Shown one piece after another: positions 29,872 to 44,030 of a stretch of 64,000 nucleotides of DNA. The DNA is from Eledone cirrhosa (lineage: Eukaryota). The translations under genes were made by a program, and so were the position numbers. How positions within the stretch are numbered: the stretch's first letter is position 1; each line of letters opens with the position of its first letter. The notes under the pieces are model-generated. The model was given only the letters and a program-made list of their open reading frames with translations, was not told the DNA's origin and ran no database searches. Where the stretch lies: contig OZ024742.1 in assembly GCA_964016885.1 (NCBI GenBank), positions 172,174,001 through 172,238,000 of the forward strand, written 5' to 3'.

Positions 29872-30440
29872 GAATGTATATATAGTATATTTGGCAATAT
29901 ACTGTATGCTTAATTAAAACATTTTGAAGACCTTGTGCTATTGTTTTATAGTAGTGACTATGTCACTTACAAACAAAGGGAGATAAGCTGACAGATCTCT
30001 GTTTCATACTGTTGGTAATCATCAGAGCTTAGCCCTCGCCTTGTCTGTCGAAAATTTTAAATGTTGGATTCTTATAGAATTCCAGTAATAATCAGGAACT
30101 GATTATACAGAGCGATTGCCGATCCAGCAAAAATTGAAAATTAGAATTGGTGCTCTGAAATACCGATGTATACATGAATGTATATATAGTATATTTGGCA
30201 ATATACTTAATTAAAAGCATTTCGAAAAACTTGCGCTATTGTTTTAAAGTCACTTCTTTTTTCAACAAACAAAGGGAAATAAGTTGACAGATCTCTGTTT
30301 CATACTGTTGGTAATCATCAGAGCTTAGCACTCGCCTTGTCTATTGAAAATTATAAATGTTGGATTCTTATAGAATTCCAGTAATATTTAGGAACTGATT
30401 ATTCAGAGCGATTGCCGGTCCAGCAAAAATTGGAATTTTT
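29869..30440 (-). mobile_element. Family A-related tandem (~300-bp period) with two canonical HHRs (29984-30031, 30280-30327)
   Basis: Minus strand reads taagct CTGATGA t-tac-caaca-gta-t GAAA cag-agat-ctg TC agctta; CATGAATGTA at 29869 and 30173. Confidence 0.88.
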
Positions 30441-31134
30441 TACCCAAAAACTTTTCAGTACTCCGGTAAGTAAAATATTTATTTTAATGTCTCTATTGTT
30501 CATTAAAAAGTTATTGTACCCCACTTTTTTATAATATATATACATACACAATGATTCAAATCAGGGATCCCTGAATTATTTAATTTAACCGAAATTAATT
30601 TTTGCTGGTATCAATAATACAGCCTAGTGAAGATTTCAGCTATAAGCAAAATCCAATTTTAGATCCGGCTCTCCTCCTTATATAAGTATATATGTATATA
30701 TCTAATAGATGTTATCGTGATTATATAATTCTCAAAGAGGTTCAGCGTCAAAAACTCCGAGACAAAGCTAGACTTTTGAATTATAGACACAATCTATCCG
30801 ACAGGCTTTTATACAGCAATCGTCTACCCAGCTTCCCACACAAACTTACAGTCAACCCGAACTTATGATAATAGTAGCTGACTTAAATCCATCGTAGTGG
30901 TACCGTACGCTGTGCCCCAGTGTTACGAAGCAACAGTCTCAATATACAGGGGAAGTTGTCTAATATGTGTTGCTAGTTCATTTTCGAGCAAGAAACAATT
31001 ACACATTTACCTCAGCTTGTCAACAACTTTAAATGAAATGTGTAACTTCTGCTGTTTACATCTTAATCTTTTCCCCACCTACAAAACACAAAAACAAAAA
31101 AAAAATGTAATCTGTCTCAAGTTTGGAGGCTAAT

Positions 31135-31372
31135 TATGCCGGTGCTTAATCCAGGTTTCTTTGGCGTTAAACAACGGAGAATACAAGACCACTTATTGGA
31201 CAGGACTCCAGTCCTTCGCAGGGTTAGACCTCCATCTACCGCTGGTACATGTTTTCAGCTGAGGCAACTTGAAAGGAAGTAATTTTCTTAAGAATGCAAC
31301 ACACAACCGGGTCCAGGAATCAAATCAATACATTATGACCTTAAGTCCCACACCCAAACCAGTAAGCCATTT
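31135..31372 (-). mobile_element. Degenerate SINE of a second family
   Basis: GGACAGGACTCCAGTCCTTCGCAGGG ... GCTGGTAC ... CAGCTGAG core; degraded tRNA-like head at the right end. Confidence 0.45.
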
Positions 31373-31796
31373 GTTTTCACTTCTACAAAAAATCCACTCG
31401 TTAAACATTAATTAAAAAGATATCATAACATGCCACAGATGGTATCACTTACCTTCCAGAGATTAGAATAACATTTTAACAGAAATAAATAATTATATCG
31501 ATATTTATTAAATAGTTAAATAATTATAATGAAACATTTGAACTGCTAAAAAGGATCAAGACCGCGATAGGCTAAAAATAAAAGTCAAAACACCAAGAAA
31601 ATATCACTTAAATCCGTTTTTGCCTGCAAAATACGTTTTTCTTTTTCTCGCACACTAGAGTATATAAAACATGGCAAAATGGCAGACGTATCAGCGTCGG
31701 GATAAGTGCCCTGATTTTGTATACTGATTTCAAATCACCCCACAGTCCTCTTTTCTAATTATCTCTTCAACTCGGGAAATAACGTACTAGTCCAGT

Positions 31797-31920
31797 GGCG
31801 GTGGATTCTTGGAATTGTTATTGAGTTGCGCAGGATCTCGTGCAGTATCTATTTGGTCGAGCACACTGTGATCTGAGTTCAAATACTTTTTACTCCATTC
31901 AGGAGTTGGGACTAAAAGAC
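31797..31920 (+). mobile_element. Degenerate copy of the tRNA-derived SINE head
   Basis: GGCGGTGGATT ... GATCTGAGTTCAAAT matches the 2770-2953 family. Confidence 0.5.
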
Positions 31921-34764
31921 AACATCAGTAATTCAAAGACCAATATACACATTGATTCATTGATCTAATGACTGGCTCCTTTATATTTCTAATTAAGGTA
32001 ATCAATGAAATGTGTTGTGTACATCATTTCTGATACATTTGGTTGTTTTCAACTTATTCCAGTCTTTCAGATGTGAGAGAATAACTTATTTTTCAAACGT
32101 TAAAATAGTTTTGATTCCAATTATTAGAAACCATCGAATTTCTAATAGAAACCTTGCATTACTTGATGATATGAATTCCTTTTAGAAATAGAGAAAATTC
32201 CCAACTGAGTGTCAGGTTTGTTAAGAATCCCTAAGAAATTAAAAATGAATGAATGGAATTGTAACAAAATGAATAGAAAGGTAACAACAATGGAAATAAA
32301 TGAAAAGAAAAAAACTGTAGATACTTGAAGATTTCCTAAAATATAATAAATCACACGAATGTCATGAACATATTAATTAGATGATTTAATTGTACCGCAC
32401 TTATTCGCTTGATTTAAACAAATTATGATCATATTTACAAGTGTTCTATTGGTGTTCCAATTGTATCATACCCAACAAATAGCATGTTTAAAGAACGAGC
32501 ATTCACGAAATTATTTGTCATAGCTCTACATATGCATTAATACAACTTATTAAATTGCATATGGTAAACAGTACATCACTGAAAATATTAGAAGCTAACT
32601 AGTTGGTCTTCATCTTCAAGTCGATTTTACACGTGCTCACCCAATTGCATGTTCAATTTCAATATCTGAGGCGGCTTAAAGAAATCATTTATACACCACT
32701 AAAATATTTACAATTATGTATCTCTTTCCCATCACCGTGTTCACAAATAAACCTACCGTACGTTTAAATCTATATTGGTGTCTCACTTTTTTTAGATCCC
32801 AAACCAAATATGATTTGCGTTGGCAAACTTTGACAAAAGCAATATTACTTTGAAGTGGCAAGTTTCACGGTTCGAAAGATTTCACTTCTCGCCCTCCATT
32901 TATTCCGTTATTATGGTAAATATTACATTTTTGCCGGAAAATCTTTCTCGTTAACGTCAGTAAGTTATTGTTTGGCAAACCCCTTTATTTTCCTTTTAAT
33001 TCATTCACAAAGGTTATGGGTAATTGGACAGAGCACTAATATATTTACCGAAATCTATCATTATCTCATAACTTCCATTAAATGCCCTTTGTAATTCATC
33101 AAATACATGTTGAGTCATCGTTCATGCCTACAAATGTGCTACCCAGAACAAAAAGTGGGAGATGCGCTGTAAAATGGAGTCCAACTCCTAGGTCTCGTTC
33201 TTGCGGATCAATATATCCGTCTCGATTACTGAAAGTACGGAGGGGTCTCAGGGTCACAGAATCCCAGGTGGTTCCACGATAAACCTATCAGAAAGAGTTC
33301 GGAAATTTAACAGCTTGTAGCCTTCAGGCTGATAATTTCTAGAACGTATATCCCTGCATCTCACATTCTTGATCTGCGGCTTATCACCTCGGACATGAAA
33401 GATTGTATGAGATTTCAACTATAAAAGAAAATGTTCATTCTGTCACTCAACTTCATTAAAGCATAGTATTAAAGCACATTATCAATCAAAATATGAAAGA
33501 CGGCTTTCTGAAGAAAGCCACTTCTGGACAATTACCTGCATTAGTCTTTTCTGCTTAGTTAGTATCAGATCTTGTACAAAATAAAACTTCTTCTCTTTAT
33601 TCTTATTCGTACCACACAATAAGGTGACGTTGCTAGTACTATAACAAGAGAATGTATAATTAAAGTATAATTAAAGTAGAAAATTCACCGAAAACTTATA
33701 TACAAAAAAAATAACATGAGTTCCATTCTGGATTAAATTTCATGAAAACACTAATTAGATTTGTACTGCATCTTTCTTTCTGATTGTGAAAATAGGAAAA
33801 TATTTACAAATGTGCCTTGTGTATTCCAATCCTACTAAGTTCAACAGGTACCAGCATCATTCTAGAACTCGCACTTATGAAATTGTCATATAATCAAATA
33901 GACGCAATTAAAAAACATTCAATTTGCCAGTGGTTAAACTTACACAGATCTGAAATTATTAATAGCTGCTAGGTGGGCTTCATTCTCACGTAGCTTTTAA
34001 ATATTTTTCTATTTACATGTGTTCACATCAAACTGGATAGACGCAACTGAATGTCCTACCCTCAATATTTAATTATGGAAACATTTTACTACATCACCCT
34101 ATATTATTATGTGTCCCTTTCTTATCAATGTGGTACAACGTCCTGAGATCTAAATTTATTAGAAAATATTTTTCAAATATACTTCCCCAGCTTAAACAAA
34201 GGATCTATCTAACTATTGTATGTGTAGGGAGAACGTGCTCTAGTGGTTTGTGTGTTGAAATTACGATTATGACTTCTTTAGTTCGATTTCTGGACCAGGT
34301 GGTCCGTTGTCCTCTTGAACTAAATACTTTGAATTTGATTCGTCTGTTACGTGTTGTAAGCCAGCACATATCTTCAACATTGGAAAGGCCAATGAAATCA
34401 TTGCTTCTTTGGTCCGATGTTGCATTCAGCTGCTTTCTACTGTCATGTGTTGCGACTGGTAAATAGAAACAGTACGCCTTCTCCATTCTGTCCAGCGGGG
34501 CTGTGGGGAGGCCAGCACGTGGGGCACCGTTTGTTCACCATACAGCCATACAGAGAGATTGGGAGAGGAGAGAGATGAGATGGGAGAGAGAGATGGGGGC
34601 GATGACAGTGAGAGTTCGGCTCGTCCACGTTCGTACCATATCCTTGTGGTTGTTTATTATCTATAGAGTTCACACTTTACCATGTAAAAACTTGTTGAAT
34701 GATATTCTGCACATGTACATGTGTGTGCACATATGTTAGTGTGCTGTGATCATCTGTGTATAAG

Positions 34765-34839
<75 letters not shown>

Positions 34840-35596
34840 GGTAATTTAATATGAATTAGATATTTATTGCAAAATAGAGAGATCAACAGAAAAATTGTCT
34901 TGATGCGATCTGACAAAATCTCCTATTTATACCGTTAGTTTTTAAATACAGATATTCAGTAAACATAGATTAAGTGAAGAATTCATCCCCTGGCAAATCA
35001 TATGTATCAGTAATTTCAGCCAAATTGGCATCATGGGTTTTGCTGTTGTGATGCACCTTTCTTCTTTTTCGACGCCTACAATCCAGTAAAGGAGACGCAG
35101 CTATTATTGTACAAAGACATTTTGATTTATCTAATTAATGATTAGAGTTTCCTGAATAACATTATGTACACATTAAAATAAATAAAAACATGATGAAATG
35201 TACATAATAGAACTTTAAAAAGTCGTGTTCATCGTGCTCCCAGCTTAATTAGGCCGCACATCAGAGATGGTGGCATCAAAGCATAGACAAATAAAATATA
35301 AGAATTTAAAATAAAATATTTTTCGGGAGTAAAATCGTCGTATTCACATGCAGCTGGCTATTTTATCTTTTTTAATATAATGAAATACAAATAAATGAAA
35401 ATATGTTCCATTTATAATACTAGAATAGAAAAAATAAAAACGAAAAACAAATTCCCTAATTTGATAAATAAAATACCTACCGAGCAGACATAATATATAT
35501 ATATATATGTAGGAGGTGAGTTTTATTGTAGAACAATAAAGCAATGCAAATATCGGATAAGTAGCACTCAACATTTTATTGGACTGGAGTATATAT

Positions 35597-35750
35597 AAGA
35601 AGAAATTAAAAGATGGTTAAAAAAGTTCCATGTATTTTATTATGCGCATTTCAAAAACAAATATCATCCTGGGACGCTATTTGCGTTCTCATCAGATAAA
35701 ATAGGGAGACATGATATGATGCCTAAAAAAAGACTTGTGAACAAGGTAGT
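35597..35750 (-). mobile_element. Family D fragment with HHR at 35633-35703
   Basis: Conserved CTGATGA, GAAA tgcgca TA and stem I tattttat/ataaaata. Confidence 0.8.
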
Positions 35751-35899
35751 GTCTAGTCAACATATGATAAATAAATTTAAAAGGATATAGAAGATTGGAA
35801 AAAAGGGAAGGAAGGGAAAAAAGGAAGGAAAGAGGAAGAAAGGAAAAAAGAACGAGAGGATAACGGAGGAAGAGTATAAGAAGGAAGGAGTAAAGAGAA

Positions 35900-35963
<64 letters not shown>

Positions 35964-36219
35964 CATTTAAATTGAAAAACGCTGTCACCATTGAAAAATA
36001 ACTGAGTAACGGTTGTAAATTTATAAATAAAAAAAAATAAAACATTGATGAGGTTTATGATTGATGATGTTTATGATTACAGATATAGAAATTAAGTATG
36101 CTATTTATTTGGGGTTTATATACTGAAGGATTTATTAAGAGGTGTGAAAATGTTATATTAAAATATATTATTAAAATAAAATATAGTAAAATAAGGTAAG
36201 GTGGATAAAAATAAAATTA

Positions 36220-37170
36220 AATGATTTATAAGCTTAGAAGACAATATGGAGTGGGCAGAGGGAGGCGGGGTCTCCGAGCGGTGGAGAAAGTCAGTGTGTC
36301 TGTGTGTGCGGAGGTGCGTTGGACAGGGGAGAGGATGGGTAGGTCTGAAAGGTGGAGTGGAGAGGGGGTCAGGTGGGGGGATGGGGTGTGTATTAGTAGA
36401 GGTGTTAGTGGGATGTGTGTGAAGGGGTATGGGTTAGTATTGTTAGTTGTGGGGTTGGCCAAGGGGGTGGGCGGTGAAAAGGAGGAGTGTGTTAGTGGGG
36501 GATATGTGTGTGGGGGGAGGGGCAGGGGGTCGAAGGATAAAGGATAAGGGTGGGGAGTTCAGGCCGGGGGGAGTGTGGGTCTGTAGGGTAAAGATGGGGC
36601 GCTGTTCGACCGTGAGGCGGGTGGCGGGTATTCCGTGGCATTGGAGTAGACCACAGACTGTGAAGGGTTGCGCAGAATGTCCAGGGGAGCCAAAGTGGCG
36701 GCGAATATACCGGAGGTGTTCGGTGAAACGGTCCGCCAGGCGACGTCCAGTCTGTCCGACGTAGGTTGCGCTGCACTCCGTGCACGGAAGTCATAAACTA
36801 GGTTGGAGGAAGTGCAGCGGACGGCGTGTCGGACAGAGAGAGAGTGACCGTTGGGACCCTGGAAGATGGTGGTGTTGGTGATGTGGGGGAAGCTGTAGCA
36901 ACGAGGCCTGAAGGTGTCGGAAGAGGTGAAGGATGGTGCGGTGGAGGGGTTAGATGGAGGGGTGGTAGGTGATGAGGAAGGGGAGACGGTGGTAGGTGAT
37001 GGGGAAGGGGAGACGGTGGGCAGGGTGAGGGTGGGGGAGCGATGGACAGCAATGGCGCGAGCTAGAGCATTGTGGACGAGGGAGGGGGTAACCTCTGCGG
37101 ATGAAATGGCTGACTAGGGAAAGGGCTTGGGACTCAAATTCAGCATCTAGACTGCAGAGGCGGCGGATCA
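36220..37170 (-). mobile_element. 5'-truncated, internally deleted Penelope-like element (RT thumb + GIY-YIG)
   Basis: IRRLCSLDAEF...FIRRGYP, and CTECSATYVGQTGRRLADRFTEHLR at ~36710-36787; begins at a TA tract. Confidence 0.85.
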
Positions 37171-37177
37171 TGTATAT

Positions 37178-37235
<58 letters not shown>

Positions 37236-37680
37236 GAGAGGTATAGAGATTGTTTTAGCAAGAAGCTAACGGCATTCTATAACATATATGCGACTATAAC
37301 GTCAAGATGGGAAAAGTAGTTAACGAAAGATTTAGGAAAAATAACTCAAACTCATCTCAAAAGAGAATCAGGATATAAATTCATCCACAGAATTTAGTAA
37401 AATCCAGGGAAAATCTATAGACCTTTAACTCATGATAAAATAAAGTTTGAAACACTTATCCTTCAATTTGGAATAACATCAAATGCTCTGTATAGTCTTA
37501 AAAGACTATTTCATGAAAACTTTCAGTGGAGATGGTCACGGTTGGAATTTCAATCATCAGCAGAGCTCAACAGAAAACCAGGGCTCTCACAGTAATATAA
37601 TCCGAAAAAGGGAATTCTAAAACTGGCTAGTTCGCCTTCATGTGTATTTATGAAAAAGCACATGAGGAAAAAACGAGGAA

Positions 37681-37795
<115 letters not shown>

Positions 37796-37831
37796 GACAT
37801 ATATGTATATATATATGTGTATACATATATG

Positions 37832-37862
<31 letters not shown>

Positions 37863-38027
37863 ACATACATATATATACATATTTATATATATATGTATAC
37901 ATATATGTATATATATGGCATGACACCCATAGTTTTGATTTAGATTAAATTCATTTAATTTATCTTAATTTTGGATATATATATATACATATATATATTT
38001 GTATATGTATATGTATATATATATACA

Positions 38028-38089
<62 letters not shown>

Positions 38090-38093
38090 ATGT

Positions 38094-38164
38094 ATTTATA
38101 CCAGTTATATAAATGTTTAAGCATGTTGAATCCCAACAAATTAAATATAACCTCTGCATATACA

Positions 38165-38202
<38 letters not shown>

Positions 38203-38463
38203 TATATATGCAGAGGTTATATTTAATTTGTTGGGATTCAACAAGCTTAAACATTTATATAACTGGTATAAAGCACTCAACAATTTAGTGGAGTAAATAT
38301 ACAATATATTAATAAATGGAAACTATATTTATGAAACCATAATTATTTTATTATATATATTTCAAGGACAACCAATCTACGGCAACATATTCTACTTTGG
38401 TTGCCCTTGAAATATATATAATAAAATAATTATGGTTTTATAAATATAGTTTCCATTTATTAA

Positions 38464-38469
<6 letters not shown>
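38094..38469. repeat. Two adjacent AT-rich fold-backs (38094-38272 centred on a TA tract; 38303-38469)
   Basis: Arms are near-perfect reverse complements. Confidence 0.8.
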
Positions 38470-38525
<56 letters not shown>

Positions 38526-38548
38526 GTGTGTGTGTGTGTGTACATATA

Positions 38549-38581
<33 letters not shown>

Positions 38582-38598
38582 GTATACATATATGTATG

Positions 38599-38639
<41 letters not shown>

Positions 38640-38684
38640 GGATACATATATGTATATATATACATATATATATATATGTATACA

Positions 38685-38715
<31 letters not shown>

Positions 38716-38802
38716 TCATATATATATATATATGTATACATATATATACAGATACATATATAAATATATATATGTATACATATATGTATATATATACATA
38801 TA

Positions 38803-38888
<86 letters not shown>

Positions 38889-38924
38889 TGTATATATATA
38901 TATATACATATATATGTATATAGA

Positions 38925-39038
38925 TATAGACATGAGCGCTGATGCATCATTTTCCTCACACATCATGAAAGTGGCGACAATGTTCAGACGACTCGATGGC
39001 TGCATCTTGAGGACTTTCCGGACAAGAGACCGAGACAC
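38925..39038 (+). pseudogene. Short CR1-type LINE fragment, same family as 59880-61185
   Basis: [30 protein letters not shown] occurs at both loci. Confidence 0.85.
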
Positions 39039-39297
39039 ACTCCAGATACATAGTTGTGCCCAGGTATTCCAATACGGCAAGGCCTTACAATCTGGACACA
39101 CTCCAGATACATTTTTGTACACAGGTATGCAATTTCTGGACACACTCCAGATACATGTGTACAATTTGTGCACAAGTATACAATTTCTGCACAGGTATAC
39201 AATTTCTGGCCACACTACAGATACATATTTGTGCACAGGTATTCCAATACGGCAAGGCCTAAGGGATCCCCCTTTCAGTACGTTCAATCTGGACACT
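39033..39297. repeat. Degenerate repeat array of GGACACACTCCAGATACA...TGTGCACAGGTAT
   Basis: 4-5 imperfect units plus a duplicated TTCCAATACGGCAAGGCCT. Confidence 0.75.
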
Positions 39298-39678
39298 CAC
39301 ACACACTCACACACACCTTGGTATTATGCCAATACTATATATCATTTCACACCTTTTATTATTAAGGTTTTTGATGTTCTATTGAGAGAATCGATTTTAC
39401 TGAAAATATCGAATAATGTACACCATTTTACCAGGAAAAAAATACTGGTCCACCCACACACACACACACATACATTCTCACACACACACACACACACATA
39501 TATATACACACACATATACACACGCGTACATTAACATACAAAGAGTCATATACACACACACACACACTTCTCCGTATAAGACAAGAGCTGAAAAATATCT
39601 TTTAACATGTTAAAATATCCCCCACTCACTTACAGACACATTCCTACTGAACATCCCTCTACCACGAATTACACTGCT

Positions 39679-39709
<31 letters not shown>

Positions 39710-40353
39710 TCTTAATAGGCATTTGAACTGTCAACAGGCTGCGGTTCGCACACACCTCCCTGCTGACCATTATCACAACAACGAACACTTTACTACTACT
39801 ACACACACACACACATTTGTTGTGAAAGAGTCATTTCTCAGTCAGCCGACACAAACCTACATTTGGCGCAAAATCAATTTTTTACATTCACATGACCTCT
39901 ACCGACCAATCAAAATTGTTTTGACCACAAGAATTTTTGCAACACGAATTGGCGCAAAACTTATTTTAATACCGCTGGAGCAACTTTTTTAACATAAAAA
40001 CAGGTAGAATTCCCAAAACTAATCAGATCAGAGCAAACATTACGGACGCTCTATCTCAAAATTATTTTCGAAAAGCATTAGAAATGCGCAACCGGTAAAA
40101 CTTAAAACCAAAACTGAATACTAACCAATACAATTACTAATTCTCACTTATTCCTAATTAAACTATTTTTCACTGTGAACAATTTGTCAGGATTTTCTAT
40201 TCCGTTTACCAATATATAATAACTTGTGTGTTACACCTCTGTTCTTTTATATATATATATATATATACATATATATACATATATGTATATATATATATAT
40301 ATGTATGTATATATACATATATATACATATATATATATATGTATATATATATA

Positions 40354-43300
40354 TTGTTATACTTTGGGAGGGTCATGTTGCCAATAAGAAACACACGCAC
40401 CAGTTGCTTTCATTTCAATTTATTATTATAATAAATTTATAAATTTTTAAGTTTCTGGTTGGTTGGTTGGTTTCACAACCAGATAGTTGTTTATATATTG
40501 TCATAGTTCTTTCGTCACACACTCTGTGACCTCTTCAGTGACTGGGGATTCCTTTCTTTGTTTCTGTGCCTCTCCTTTGTTCTGTCCTACGCCATTTTGT
40601 TTCTGTGTGTGTGTTGTGTGCTCAGTCTGCGCATGCGCCACATCCGGGTGTTTGTGTGTGTTTATGTTCATTTATTTATTTGTTTATTTACATGTTACTG
40701 GTTGGTTGTTTGTTCTATGTGTGTGTGTGTTTTCATTTTGTCCTTAATTGTAAGTTGTGATGTTGCTGTTCCACTCATATTTTCTATTTAATTTTGGTTG
40801 TAATTCTTTTATGTTTATTGCCTCTGTAATTTGTCTAAACATTGCGTCTTTTCTGTGTGTAGATTCTATTTTTATTTCTATGTTCTCTAATTTACCCCTG
40901 TGTTCTATTTTAGCATGTTGGTAGAGTACAGATGATTCTTTACCATCTTGAAGGTCTCGCCAGTGTTCTTTATCCGTTCCCCTACACTACGAGCTGTCTC
41001 ACCTATGTACACTATATTTTTGTCTCTACATTGTCCTTCAGTACATCTTATGCTATACACTACATTTCTAGTTTTACAGTTAATATGGGGGCTTATTTTA
41101 CTGGTTATACATTTCTTATCTATACATGAGGGTCTTTGAAAAGGGTATGTCTTGCTAATAAGTGTTTTTACGGAGGTACCTGGTCTTTCTACTATCTTAA
41201 TATTGAGTTTATGTTTATTTAGGGCCCGTCTAAATTTGTAAGCTAATTCACCTCTAGGGGTTGTATCGATGAACATTACACTCTGGTATTTATTGCTATC
41301 ATACCATGAGTTTATTCTATTAGCCTTGTTCCTAGTTCTTTCTATTCTATTCCAAAATTTGCTCCTATACAAGGGGCAGGTCCCATTTATGTCATTATTT
41401 ACCATTTTTTCCCATTTGGTTCTGGCTCCTCTATACACTCTGATTTTATCTCTCTGATTGTAGCCAGAGAACTGCATACGGTGGATGAAGTGTTGTATGT
41501 GTCTCTCTAGTTCTTCGGGGTTGCACATGCGAGACACGTTTCTCATCACCCGTACCAAATCCGCAATCAATATGTTGATTTTGGTATGGTCCGAAACGGC
41601 CGAGTTTCGGTGGATCAGGTGTTTGGAAGTCATGGGTTTGGCATAATGGGAATGGAGGATTTTGTTTTTGTTATTAATGGTATCTAACCAGAGCTCTGTG
41701 TCTAGTACGGGTATTCGATGGTTGGGGTGTTTAATTGGGTAGTCTCTAGTAACTCTAATGCTCTGGTGGATGGAGTTAGCTATTTGCTGGATGCTTTGCA
41801 TTGTGTTTTTCTCTAGTTCCTGACTGTTCTCTAGTGGGGGTGTCTTAACTACGATGTTTATATCACCAACGTAGCGGGAGTACATTAACAGGGTTAAGGG
41901 GTCTTCTAATTGTTCCTTAAGCTTAAGTTTAAGTCTACTGTCCCACCACACCATGAATAAGTTAGCTATGTCGCCTGCAATGCTAACACCAATGGCTGCT
42001 CCTTCCTCTTGGGCATATGTTTTTCCATTAAATTTGAAAATATGTTCCTTAAGGGTTAGTTTTATGCTGTCCCCTACCGCATGTGCAATCATTTTTTTCA
42101 GTTCATCGTGGTTTTCGGGTGTCCGTATGGCTCTGGTCCACCCGTTACATCTACTGTGTGGGTTTTCTTGGCCATTGAGGTAATGGTAGGTGGTCTGCCT
42201 CTTGCTGGTCTTTTAGGGCACAGGTTGCTAAGGTCATATGTGTCTAGGTAATTATTACTATAGGTAAGTTTAAGTAGGAGTCCCAGCTCACTGGTATCAA
42301 TCCCACGGAACTCAACATTGCTCTCACTGATCATTTCTACGCATTTCTCCACAGCAAACTCCACGTCAGTAGATGGATACAGGGACACAACATCCATACT
42401 ACCTATAATGCAGTTTGTTAGGTCCCTAGATCGGTTACTCACGCCGATTCTGCTGTGGAGGTCCTCCGTGCTGTCACATACATCTGGGGACATTTCGATG
42501 ATGGGGCGTATGATCAGGGAGAGGAAGTAAGATAGTCTGTAGTTACTAGCAATGTTAGCTCCACAGACTGGCCGTGTTGGTTGTCCCGCGACAGGGTCAC
42601 AGCCCGTTGTATGGTCTTTTCGAAGCCCATACAACGCCGGCACGTCATTGTTCCAGGCCTGGAAGTTGTTGGGAGTCCTTTTGTTGGGCTGCATTATATT
42701 CGTCCACATCACCATATGGGCATTGAGGGCTTTTTCTCTATCCTCATGCTCCTGTGGTGTTACCTCTCTTGTGTTAGTTATGTGGGGTTGCATTGCCTGG
42801 ATGTAGTTTGGCAGACTGTCAACCGACATTCTGCCAGACTTGTCTGTTGGAAAGCATGCTATTTCTCCATTATGCTTACGCAAGCCATTTGCAGATTTTT
42901 CTCCCAGTTGCTGGGCCACCATTCTATTATGCTTCTTGCTATACTGTTCTATAATATTTCTAAGTTCGGATCTAGCTATACTAAATTGTGCTTCTGTTTG
43001 TTCATCGACCTGCGACGGCAATTGCCTGCGTTTGTTAAATGGTAAAGTCGTGGCGTGGACTCGTCGCAGGTCGAACGATTTATCGGAGGGATTATAAAAA
43101 CTAAAGTTCCAGGCTGCTGCTTTATGTGTACTAGTGCTATTGTTATTGTTAGTTGTGTTGTTTCTATTTCTATTTCCACCATCAGCCTCATTGTTGTTTC
43201 TATGTCTCTCATAATTACTCCTGTCTCTTTCCACTGGCTCATTGTTGTTATCTACCCTATTTTTTTGTGTCTGTGTGTTCGTCTTGGTTATTTTCTTTGT

Positions 43301-44030
43301 CCTTAGTCTCCCTTCTCCTTTTAATCCTATTACTTTCGCTTATTTCTGTGATTTCTGTGCTACTGTCATGACTTGTTCTCTGTGTCTGTGTGTTTGTTAA
43401 TATTGTGGTGGTGGTGAGAAGCATTGAATGTGTGTGTGTTGTTGTTGTTGATGTGTGCTGTTGTTGATGTGTGTTGTTGTTGTCTCTGTGTGTGTTATTA
43501 TTGTTGTGTGTGTTGTTATTGTTGTTTGTGCCTGCGTGTCTGTTGTTGTTGTTTCTGGGTATGTTATTATTGTTGTTGTTGTTGGTGTGTGTATTGTTGT
43601 TATTGTTGTTTGTGGCTGTGTGTCTGTTGTTGTTGGGATGTGTGTTGTATATGTGTGTGCGTATATTGTTCCTTTTGTTTTTGTTTTTGTTTTTGAGGCT
43701 CCAGCGTAGTTTTGTATATGATTTTTCTATTTCTGACAGACAACTAATCATATTTACCTTCTTGAATGTCGCATACCTAGGTGGAAGTTGTAATGCAGAC
43801 AATTCATCGTCATCTATTATTGTGTTGCCGTATATATTTATGTTGTTCTTGTTGTTGAACTCATCTGTTAATGAGGTGTCGGCCATATCTATACCGTCAA
43901 TTTTGTCGGGATATCTATTGGTTATCTCTATAGTATCCTGATTTAGCTTTACCTGCTTAAGCCACTTTAGTTTCTTGTTAAAGTCCTTATCACATTCTTG
44001 AGTAATGTACTGTCCTTCATACATATCCAG
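40354..44030 (-). mobile_element. Near-full Penelope-like element (Neptune/Nematis-like): frameshifted ORF (43257-44024, 42098-43234, 40905-42092, tail to ~40745), RT + GIY-YIG, 3' pseudo-LTR with HHR
   Basis: PTDKSGR, LYGLRKDH, SMDVVSLYPS, QEEGAAIG, RYVGDI (YxDD mutated), PVLD, VVYSIRC...YIGETARSVGER. Confidence 0.92.
40500..40542 (-). ncRNA. Type I hammerhead ribozyme in the PLE 3' UTR (family F)
   Basis: Minus strand reads gtca CTGAAGA g-gtcaca-gagtg-tgtgac GAAA gaac TA tgac; same strand as the PLE ORF. Confidence 0.85.

Noticed and set aside
31400-35300. Host-gene exons in the less repetitive stretch
   Set aside because: No ORF with recognisable protein motifs; small exons cannot be excluded without RNA-seq.
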